From an uncultured delta proteobacterium (lineage in GTDB: Bacteria; Myxococcota_A; Polyangia; Polyangiales; Polyangiaceae): DNA of 64,000 bases. Numbering within the stretch: the stretch's first letter is position 1; every line of letters begins with the position of its first letter. The notes below the pieces were generated by a model. That model had not been told where the DNA came from. It searched no databases and saw nothing but the letters and a program-made list of their open reading frames with translations. Both the position numbers and the translations under genes were made by a program. The stretch is from the NCBI GenBank assembly GCA_963716725.1, contig CAVQUB010000015.1, forward strand, positions 224,001 through 288,000. The letters run 5' to 3'. Of this stretch, positions 56,535 through 64,000 are shown piece after piece.

Positions 56535-58079
56535 TCACCACACCGGAGTCCTCGGGTAGTCGACGTCGGCGCGCACGTTGCGTTCGACGGCATCCATCAA
56601 GGAGAGGAGCGTGCGGTCTCGCCAAGGCGGGGCGACCATCTGCACGCCCACCGGCAACCCCGCGCTCTGCTCATCGATGCGCCGCGCCAGGCGGCCCACC
56701 TGGCCTCGCGCTCGATCACGCCGGGCTTCGGCGCCGTGCACGCGCGTCACGGGCACCACGCCCGCGGGCAGGCCGACCGCGGTCCAGGGCAGGCTGTACG
56801 ACGACGCGATGAGCAGCTCGGCCGACCCGCCATGGGTCACGGCGGGCGTCGCGTAGGGCGGACAGAGGATGGCTGCGAGTCCGGACTTCTGCCAGGCTTC
56901 GAGCATCGCGCGCCGGATCGAGTCGACCTTGTCTTCGAGGGCTTGGAGTTCGGTGGCTGTCTTCTCACCGATGCCGGCGATGACTCGAGCGCTCTCCTTG
57001 TCGCCGGAGAGCTTCGCGATCCGCTCGAGCCCGGCCCGAACCGCCCGGGGAACCCGCACCAGCTTGTGCAGTGAGCGCAGCGACTCGGTGACCGATTCGT
57101 CGATCAGCGCGTCGATCATGGCTCGTCCGCCATCAGCCAGCAGCAGCTCGAAGGCCGCGAAGAAAAGCTCGTCGAGGTCGGCGACAGCGACCGGCTCGAC
57201 TCGTACTCCGACCGCACGGAGGGCGTCACCGGCACGTTCGAGGGCACCGATCAGCGCGCTGGAGGGAGGAATCACCCCGGAGTCGTGCAGCACCCCGACC
57301 GTGAGCCCACGCAGCGCGGGGGCGGGCGCGTCCACGAAGGGCGGGATGCGGGCATCGATGGACGCGAGCGCGGCCGCTGGCAGCGCGTCGAGGCCAACCT
57401 CGATGTCCGCCACATTGCGCGCGAGCAGCGAGGTCCTTCCAAAGCGGTCGCGATTGAGCAGCCGACCCAGGCTGGGAACGAAGGCCGCGACGCCGCAGAA
57501 GTGGGCCGAGACTCGCTGATCGCTGCAGAAGGCCAGGGGCGTCAGTCCCGCCGCCACGGCCGCGGCGCCGCCTCCGCCGGCGTGGCGGGGGCTGAAGGGG
57601 TTCGACGTGCGGCCGAATACCGGGTTGTCGCTCTCGGGCGAGAGCAAGAGCTGAGACAGGTTGGTGCGTCCGAGGATGACCGCGCCGGCCGCTCGCAGCG
57701 CCCGCGCGAGGTCGCTGTCTTTCGTCGCGACCGCACCCTGCCTCGAGACGAGCCCGAGCGTGGTCGCGCGACCCGCCAGGTCGAAGCACTCGTCGAGGGT
57801 GACGGGCACTCCGTGCAGCGGACCGCAGTTCTCGCCGGAGCGGCGCTCGTCGTCCAGGCGCGTGGCCGCGCGCAGGGCATCGTCGCGCGTGACTTCCGTG
57901 AAGGCGCAGATCTCGGGATCCACCTCCGCGATGCGCGCCAGGTGGGTCGTCGTGAGCTCCACGCTCGAGAGCTGACCCGATTCGAACGCCGCGCGCATGG
58001 CGAGCGCTCCGGTCCGGTGCCACTCGGGAGGCTCTGGGGCGGTCGGTGAGCTTCGCAGCGAGTCCGGACTCTGTTCCAC
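56535..58079 (-). CDS. Amidase-signature (FAAH-like) fold protein lacking the catalytic triad
   Basis: GPLHGVP, GAVILGRTN, NPVFGRTSNP, HFCG, GLPVGVQ retained. Catalytic Lys, GGSSGG and GGSIR are missing. Confidence 0.85.
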   Translation of the reverse strand: MEQSPDSLRSSPTAPEPPEWHRTGALAMRAAFESGQLSSVELTTTHLARIAEVDPEICAFTEVTRDDALRAATRLDDERRSGENCGPLHGVPVTLDECFDLAGRATTLGLVSRQGAVATKDSDLARALRAAGAVILGRTNLSQLLLSPESDNPVFGRTSNPFSPRHAGGGGAAAVAAGLTPLAFCSDQRVSAHFCGVAAFVPSLGRLLNRDRFGRTSLLARNVADIEVGLDALPAAALASIDARIPPFVDAPAPALRGLTVGVLHDSGVIPPSSALIGALERAGDALRAVGVRVEPVAVADLDELFFAAFELLLADGGRAMIDALIDESVTESLRSLHKLVRVPRAVRAGLERIAKLSGDKESARVIAGIGEKTATELQALEDKVDSIRRAMLEAWQKSGLAAILCPPYATPAVTHGGSAELLIASSYSLPWTAVGLPAGVVPVTRVHGAEARRDRARGQVGRLARRIDEQSAGLPVGVQMVAPPWRDRTLLSLMDAVERNVRADVDYPRTPVW

Positions 58080-58158
58080 GGGGGCGGGAGGCTAGAACAT
58101 TTCTGGTGGCCCTGGTGGCCTGATCGCGGGCCCAGCCCTGCGTGCTATAGCCAGGCCC

Positions 58159-59823
58159 ATGGCGACGCCCGACCGCTTCCGCAAGCTCGACCGAGATTCT
58201 TGGGACGTCATCGTGGTGGGGGCCGGAATCGGAGGCCTCACCACCGCAGCCCTGCTCGCCAAGCGCGGGCTCGGCGTGCTCGTGGTCGACCAGCACTACG
58301 TCGCCGGCGGCAACGCCACCGTCTTCAAACGCCCGGGCTTCGAGTTCGACATCGGCCTGCACTACATCGGGCAGTGCGAACGCGGGCTCTTTCCCCGGGC
58401 GCTCGCCGCCGCCGGCGCCGATCCCGTGGTCTTCCGTGCCATGGATCCGGACGCCTTCGACACAGTTGTGTTGCGAGACCTCGAGCTCGGGGTGCCGCGC
58501 GGCATCGAGCGCTATCGCCTACGGCTCGTCGACGCGTTCCCTTCCGAGAAGTCCGGAATCGATCGCTACATTGGCTACCTGCTGCAACAGAAGCAGATTG
58601 AGCCCGCGCTGGCTCGACCGAGCCGCCTCCCGGGGGCGCTGCTCAGGTCACCCTTGGTCTTGCGCCACGGCAGCGGAACCCTCGGCGCCTTCCTCGACAC
58701 GTGCACTCGCGATCCCGCTCTTCGAACCGTGCTCGCCGCCGAGAGCGGCGACTACGCGGAGCCACCGAGCCGGGCCTCGCTGGCGCTGCACGCCGGACTG
58801 ATGCTGCACTACCTGGACGAAGGCGGCTTCTATCCCGAGGGCGGCGGTCAGGTCATGAGCGATCGTTTGGCCGAGGCCATCGAGCGCCACGGTGGCAAGC
58901 TCCTGCTCTCGTCGCGGGTCAGTCGCATCTTGGTCGAAAACGGTCGCGTCACCGGCGTGCGGCTCGCCAACAAACACCTGGGCGAGCGCGAGGTGAGGGC
59001 GCCGCGCGTCGTCGCGGGCAGCGACATCAAGAAGATCTATCTCGACTTGCTCGGGCCCGACGTGGTCCGCGCGAAGACCATGCGCAAGGTCAAGGCTTGG
59101 CAGATGGCTCCGGCCCTCGGCATGGTCTACCTCGGCGTGAAGCGCGAAGCGCTCGGCACCCGGACTCGCAATACGAACTACTGGATCTACGGCAGCACGG
59201 ATCTCGAGGGCGCCTACGCCGACAATCACGCCGGACGGATCTCCCACGATCCGATGGTTTACATCTCCATCGCGTCACTGAAGGATCCGACGAACCCAGC
59301 CGTCGCGCCGCCGGGCATCGTGAACCTGCAACTCATGGGTTTGGCGCCGTCGGAGCCGAGCGCATGGGGTGTGAGCGAGGCGGACGTGGTGACGGGGAAA
59401 TACAGCAAAAACGCCGCCTATCTCGCCAAGAAGCGCGAGTACACCGACGCGCTGTTCCGCAGCGCCGCCCGGGTCTTGCCCAACCTGCGCCAGCACGCGG
59501 TGTTCGAAGAGACGGCCACACCGCTCACGCACTCGCGCTACACGCTCTCCACCGGTGGCACCTCCTACGGGCTCGCGCTCATCCCCGAGCAGTTCTTGTG
59601 GCGCCGACCTGGACCCAAGACCGAGATCGATGGGCTGTTCCTGTGTGGCGCGAGTTTGGTCACCGGGCACGGCATCGCCGGCGCGATGGCATCCGGGGTC
59701 AACGCCGCCGCGGCCATCGTGGGCAACGAAGTCTGGTCCGAGGTGCGACGCGCGCGGCCGACGGCGCCGAGGAAGGCTGCGGAGCCAGTCGCTTCGCAGC
59801 CCGAGATCGTGGCTCAGATCTGA
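58159..59823 (+). CDS. FAD-dependent oxidoreductase, phytoene desaturase/retinol saturase family
   Basis: VVGAGIGGL, FEFDIGLHY, YPEGGGQ, ATPLT..RY....GTSYG, GLFLCG...GHGI. Confidence 0.88.
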   Translation: MATPDRFRKLDRDSWDVIVVGAGIGGLTTAALLAKRGLGVLVVDQHYVAGGNATVFKRPGFEFDIGLHYIGQCERGLFPRALAAAGADPVVFRAMDPDAFDTVVLRDLELGVPRGIERYRLRLVDAFPSEKSGIDRYIGYLLQQKQIEPALARPSRLPGALLRSPLVLRHGSGTLGAFLDTCTRDPALRTVLAAESGDYAEPPSRASLALHAGLMLHYLDEGGFYPEGGGQVMSDRLAEAIERHGGKLLLSSRVSRILVENGRVTGVRLANKHLGEREVRAPRVVAGSDIKKIYLDLLGPDVVRAKTMRKVKAWQMAPALGMVYLGVKREALGTRTRNTNYWIYGSTDLEGAYADNHAGRISHDPMVYISIASLKDPTNPAVAPPGIVNLQLMGLAPSEPSAWGVSEADVVTGKYSKNAAYLAKKREYTDALFRSAARVLPNLRQHAVFEETATPLTHSRYTLSTGGTSYGLALIPEQFLWRRPGPKTEIDGLFLCGASLVTGHGIAGAMASGVNAAAAIVGNEVWSEVRRARPTAPRKAAEPVASQPEIVAQI

Positions 59824-59894
59824 GTGAGCGCCGTCCCTTGCCGTCTCCGCCGTGCGGCTCGAGGCGCCGAATCCTGCCTGTCAGGCGCGCCGGT

Positions 59895-61580
59895 TCACGG
59901 CGCGCTCGTGACCCAACCGTTGCGCAAGAGGTTGCCGCGACCGGTCGGCCATAGCAGGCAATTGGTGGCGGAGCCGGCCACCGTATAGACGATCACGCTC
60001 TCCTTCTTGTCCTCGGCGTCCTTGAGTGAGACGACGATTTCGACCGTTCCGTTGCCGTCGACGTCGGCAAGCGTCGGGACTGGCATCGCGCCGCGGCGGG
60101 GCAATGCGACCTTGTGGCGTTCGTTGCCGCCGGCGTCGAGCACGAACAGCGACCCGTCACCGTCGTTCGAACCGTAGCTCGCGAACACCACCTCGGGGGA
60201 GCCGTCGCCGGACAGATCGCCAACCACGACGCCACCGGTGCCGACCTGGGCGCCCGTCGTGTACTGATAGGTCCAGAGTGGCTTCTTTTTCGCGGAGACC
60301 GCGTGGATCTTGCCGTCGAAGCCGGCGAAGATGAATTCTGGACCAACCTCGCCCGGATCGATGTCGGCGATGCTCACTTGGTTGGTGACCGCGACCACGT
60401 TGTTGCCATAGTCCCAGAGCCCCGAGAGGTAGCCCGGGGCGTGGTAGGGCGATTCCCAGCCCGTGAGCCTGCTGGCATCCGGGTGCATCACCCACAAGCC
60501 GACGCCTTGCTCGCGGTCGGTCTGGGATGCGTTCTGCACGCTGCCCAGCATCACGATCTCGTTCTTCCCATCACCGTCCACGTCGGTGATGGCAGGCGCC
60601 GTGTTGGTGAAGTGAGCCTGAAGTGCCGTTGCTTCGTCGTTCGCCCACCCTTGCTGCGCAAGCGCGAGGTCGTGCAAGTAGCGAACGCCCGGCGTCTTCT
60701 TGCGGTCCACGAACATGGTGTTTGCGTCAAAGGCCTCGCCGGTGCCCTTGTGAAAGCTGGCGTAGGCGTTGTCGTGGGGCGCGACGACGTCGGCTTTTCC
60801 GTCCCCATCCAGATCTCCGACGGCGAGGTTCTGGTCGAAGCAACCAGCGAGATAGCAGTGCTGGTCGCAGCCGCTGGTGCCGGCAACGTTGGGCGGGAAA
60901 CCGGCCACGGGCGCGCCGTTGGCGTGGAAGGCGTGCATCACGTCCGTGGGGCCGCCGTGAGCCGGCGCCAGGACCAGGTCGAGCTGTCCGTCGCCGTCCA
61001 CGTCTCCAGCCGCCAGGCTCCGCATCTCGTCCTCCCAAGTCACCGGAAAACCCGAGAGCACATTGCCGCTCGCGTCGAGCAAGTAGAGTTTTTCGCGGGA
61101 GGCGTAGGCGATCTCCAGCTTCGAATCGTCACGGAAGTTCGCCACGACCGGGCTAGCCCAGATGCGGCCGCCGGTGGCGTCGTGACGAAAGAGCAAGGTT
61201 CCATCCGCGTGCCAAACCTCGAGCGCGGCGCCCCGGGGCACGATGATCTCGAGCGTGCCATCGGCGTCGAGATCGGCTACCGCCGGCGAGCCGAGCCAGC
61301 CCTCCTCCCAGCGGTCGAAGAGCGTGACCAAGGGCTTTGGCACCTGGACGTCCCCAGAGCCGCCGCCGGGCACGGGCGTGCAGGCCGCGGGTGGTGGCGT
61401 CGTTCCGCCACTGCCGCCAACGCCTCCGACGTTGCCGCTACCCCCATTGCCGCCAGCGCTACCGGTACCCCCATTGCCGCCAGCGCCACCGCTACCACCG
61501 CTACCACCGCCGCCGGTGTCGCCACCGCCACCGCATGCCGCGAGAGCGAGCGCCAACCCGCAAGTCAACAGAGCTTTCAC
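59895..61580 (-). CDS. FG-GAP/VCBS-repeat beta-propeller lipoprotein
   Basis: LALAAC lipobox, Gly-rich linker, repeated ADLDADG/GDVDGDG/GDLDGDG/DVDGNG motifs. Confidence 0.85.
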   Translation of the reverse strand: MKALLTCGLALALAACGGGGDTGGGGSGGSGGAGGNGGTGSAGGNGGSGNVGGVGGSGGTTPPPAACTPVPGGGSGDVQVPKPLVTLFDRWEEGWLGSPAVADLDADGTLEIIVPRGAALEVWHADGTLLFRHDATGGRIWASPVVANFRDDSKLEIAYASREKLYLLDASGNVLSGFPVTWEDEMRSLAAGDVDGDGQLDLVLAPAHGGPTDVMHAFHANGAPVAGFPPNVAGTSGCDQHCYLAGCFDQNLAVGDLDGDGKADVVAPHDNAYASFHKGTGEAFDANTMFVDRKKTPGVRYLHDLALAQQGWANDEATALQAHFTNTAPAITDVDGDGKNEIVMLGSVQNASQTDREQGVGLWVMHPDASRLTGWESPYHAPGYLSGLWDYGNNVVAVTNQVSIADIDPGEVGPEFIFAGFDGKIHAVSAKKKPLWTYQYTTGAQVGTGGVVVGDLSGDGSPEVVFASYGSNDGDGSLFVLDAGGNERHKVALPRRGAMPVPTLADVDGNGTVEIVVSLKDAEDKKESVIVYTVAGSATNCLLWPTGRGNLLRNGWVTSAP

Positions 61581-61680
61581 GGACGAACCTCCCGGGGGGC
61601 CAATAGCACACGCCTGTGCGCCGCACCATGCGGCGACAGCGTTCACTCCACCTCGGAAGCCGATCTCGTTTGTCGAGGGC

Positions 61681-62943
61681 TCAGTCGAATACGCGCTCGC
61701 CGCCCACCACCACCGCGCGCACGGGGTTCTGGCCGAAGGCGTAGCCGAGCCAACGATGGTCGGGCACGTCGCACACGATCACGTCGGCGCGTTTGCCCGG
61801 CTCGAGGCTGCCGATTTCTGCGCCGCGCCCCAGAGCGTGGGCGGCGTTGATGGTGCACGCGACCACGGCTTCGCTCGCGGTCATCTTCAGCGTGCGACAG
61901 GCGAGCGCGATGCACATGGGCAGCGACGGCGTGAACGACGAACCCGGGTTCAGATCCGTAGCGATGGCCAGGGGGATGCCCGCCTCGATCAGCTTGCGTG
62001 CAGGCGCGTACTCGGTCTGCGCCAGATGGAACGGCACGCCGGGCAAGAGCACGCCCACCGGGGGCTTGGCCGCGCCCGCGAGCGCCGAGATCCCCGCCTC
62101 GTCCAGGTGCTCGAGGTGGTCGACGCTGACCGCGCCGAGCCTGGCTCCCAGCGCTGCCGCCCCGCTGGCGGTGAACTGTTCGGCGTGCAGCTTGAGACCG
62201 AAGCCGAGCTCGCGCGCACGGGTCAGGATCCGCTCGGTTTCGGCCAAGGTGAAGGCTTCTTGCTCGCAGAAGACGTCGACGAACTCGGCCAGCTGCCCCG
62301 CGCGGATCTCTACCATCAGCGCGTCGAGCAGATCGAGATAGCCCCCGCGGTCTTGCTTGAACTCCGGCGGCACGACGTGAGCGCCGAGGAAGGTGCTGAC
62401 GATCTCCAGCGGGAGCTCGCCGGCGACGGCGCGGGCGACCTCGAGCAGCCGCAGCTCCCCTTCGCGGTCCAAGCAGTAGCCGGTCTTCGCTTCGAGGGTG
62501 GTGGTGCCGTGCTCCATGCACGCGGTGGCCCACCGCAATCCGTTGGTGACCAAGGCTCCGATGGCGGAGGCCCGGGTCTTCTTGACCGTGCTGAGGATGC
62601 CGCCGCCCTCTTTCAGGATTTCCAGGTAGGGCTTGCCTTGCATGCGTTGCTCCCACTCGGCGGAGCGGTCACCCGCGAAGACCAGGTGCGTGTGGCAATC
62701 GATGAAGCCAGGCAAGACGATGCCGCCGGCCGCATCCAGGATCTGATCGTCGCTCACGTGGTGCTCGCGGCGCAGCCGGTCGCTGGCGCCAACAGCCAGG
62801 ATCCGGTCGCCGGCGATGGCCACGGCTCCATCGCGAATGATGCGCAAGACCCCTTGCTCGGCGCCGCGGGCCGGCGCCTGCGAGAAGCCCGCGCAGGTGA
62901 CGACTTCGGCGGCGTTGACGATCAAGAGATCCGCGGTCGTCAT
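61681..62943 (-). CDS. hutI: Imidazolonepropionase
   Basis: PGFIDCHTHLVFAGDR, YLEI...GGGILSTV, EAKTGY, FLGAH, DVFCE, KLHAEQ, DHLE, ATDLNPGSS. Confidence 0.95.
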   Translation of the reverse strand: MTTADLLIVNAAEVVTCAGFSQAPARGAEQGVLRIIRDGAVAIAGDRILAVGASDRLRREHHVSDDQILDAAGGIVLPGFIDCHTHLVFAGDRSAEWEQRMQGKPYLEILKEGGGILSTVKKTRASAIGALVTNGLRWATACMEHGTTTLEAKTGYCLDREGELRLLEVARAVAGELPLEIVSTFLGAHVVPPEFKQDRGGYLDLLDALMVEIRAGQLAEFVDVFCEQEAFTLAETERILTRARELGFGLKLHAEQFTASGAAALGARLGAVSVDHLEHLDEAGISALAGAAKPPVGVLLPGVPFHLAQTEYAPARKLIEAGIPLAIATDLNPGSSFTPSLPMCIALACRTLKMTASEAVVACTINAAHALGRGAEIGSLEPGKRADVIVCDVPDHRWLGYAFGQNPVRAVVVGGERVFD

Positions 62944-63293
62944 GCCAGCGTGTCTCCGGCATGCCCCCAGAGGTAGCCCGTCGCGTCCGTGAACTCGATG
63001 TAAATGCGGTCCTCCCGAACTCCGAACGCTTCGGTCAGCACCCGCGTCACGTCGGCCGAGACGTGGCGGGCGTCGTCGGCGCTCATCGTGCCTATGTTCT
63101 TCACCTCGATGTAGCAGGCGGGCTCGGTCGTGCCGGCGAAGGTCATCTCGGCGCGCGGCAGGAGGCTGGTCATCACCCATCGCTCGGGTTTGCGAAAGCG
63201 AGCAGCAAGGAGATGGGAGAGCGTGGTGAGGAGCCGCGCCCGCGCGTCGTGTGCCGGGGGCTCGGCGGAGCTGACGATCTGGATCAAGGGCAT
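62940..63293 (-). CDS. MIF/phenylpyruvate tautomerase family protein
   Basis: MPLIQI (catalytic Pro-1), KPERWVM, MTFAG, KNIG, DRIYIEF, WG. 117 aa. Confidence 0.88.
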   Translation of the reverse strand: MPLIQIVSSAEPPAHDARARLLTTLSHLLAARFRKPERWVMTSLLPRAEMTFAGTTEPACYIEVKNIGTMSADDARHVSADVTRVLTEAFGVREDRIYIEFTDATGYLWGHAGDTLA

Positions 63294-63426
63294 GGCGAGG
63301 CGAGAGGTTAGAGCATCTCGGGTTCGAGCACGAACCACCGCGTCTGCAGGCCGGAACCGCGCCAGATGGCAGGTGGATCCGCAACTGGCGTGTCGTTCCC
63401 TGCGGCGATCCACGCTATGACGAGCC

Positions 63427-64000
63427 GTGACGAATCACCGCGCAATGCTGGTGGGCCTGGTCGTCGGCGCGGGCTCGGGCCTGGCCGCCAACGCCTTTGC
63501 CCACGATTCGCCATGGGTGCGCGGGTTCACGGACTACGCCGCAGTGCCGGTCGGACAGATCTTCCTCCGGCTCTTGTTCATGATGGTCATCCCGCTGCTG
63601 TTCGCGGCGCTGGTCCTCGGCGTGGCCGAGCTCGATCTCCGGCACCTCGGCCGGCTCGGCGGGCGGATGATCGGCTACACGGTGGTGGTTTCCGCCATCG
63701 CCGTGACCATCGGCATCACGCTGGTGAACGTGATCGGGCCTGGACGCGGGATCTCGACGGAGGGCCTCGCGCTCGGAGCTCAAGCGGCGACCCTCAAAGT
63801 GGCTTCGACGCCCCTCGACACGTCGCCGGTGGCGCTGATCGTCGGGCTATTTCCCGACAACGTCGTCCGCGCCGCCGCCAACGGCGACATGCTGGCGGTC
63901 ATCGCCTTCTCCCTGATCTTCGGCACCGGGCTGGCCCTGACCAAGTCCGAGGGGGCGGCTCGTCTGAAGGACGCCATCACGGGGCTCTACGACGTCAGCA
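63427..64000 (+). CDS. Dicarboxylate/amino acid:cation symporter (DAACS, GltP/DctA-like), partial
   Basis: Not in the ORF track. Manual translation: GQIFLRLLFMMVIPLLFAALVLGV...LGRLG, FPDNVVRA..GDMLAVIAFSLIFG. Confidence 0.92.
   Translation, partial: MTNHRAMLVGLVVGAGSGLAANAFAHDSPWVRGFTDYAAVPVGQIFLRLLFMMVIPLLFAALVLGVAELDLRHLGRLGGRMIGYTVVVSAIAVTIGITLVNVIGPGRGISTEGLALGAQAATLKVASTPLDTSPVALIVGLFPDNVVRAAANGDMLAVIAFSLIFGTGLALTKSEGAARLKDAITGLYDVS

Noticed and set aside
58159..59823. Carotenoid biosynthesis cluster
   Set aside because: Single CrtI/RetSat-family gene with no crtB or crtE nearby.
61410..61535. CCRCCR-rich repeat tract as a VNTR or mobile-element end
   Set aside because: It encodes the Gly-rich linker of the FG-GAP lipoprotein, which is common in this lineage.

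Overview
High-GC chromosomal window, most likely from a myxobacterium (Myxococcota, Polyangiaceae-like). This is inferred from the paralogous DnaK/J-TPR module, Ser/Thr kinase-PEGA protein, MYXO-CTERM-like protein and PilR with myxobacterial-type pilins. About 48 densely packed CDSs; no rRNA, tRNA, CRISPR array, transposase or phage genes were seen. Blocks: (1) 1-8.5 kb, minus strand: ECF sigma/anti-sigma, lipoproteins, LpxL-type acyltransferase, J-domain/TPR protein, DnaK paralog, winged-helix protein and M1 peptidase. (2) 9.6-26.2 kb: type IV pilin locus with PilR, two sigma-54 promoters (one with an enhancer-like site pair), four tandem pilin-like genes (two aromatic-rich), a PilG/XapA-like gene, a fused membrane/spermidine-synthase-like gene plus a deleted relic, and three GT-C-like membrane proteins. 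(3) Kinase, NAGPA-like gene and rimO. (4) 34.0-49.4 kb: a ten-gene TetR-led, translationally coupled operon with a PlsA/Ger-type activator-reductase fusion, SCP-x thiolase, acyl-CoA ligase, SDR, two ACADs, Fe-S nitroreductase, OleB/HLD-like hydrolase and a B12-radical SAM enzyme. This is the best candidate for an undescribed pathway. (5) 49.4-64 kb: GMC oxidases, pyrC-carA, a catalytically dead amidase, RetSat/CrtI-like oxidoreductase, FG-GAP lipoprotein, coupled MIF-tautomerase/hutI and a DAACS symporter. Five single-base insertions break four genes and are probably read/assembly errors. All functional calls are motif-based by eye; no database searches were run.
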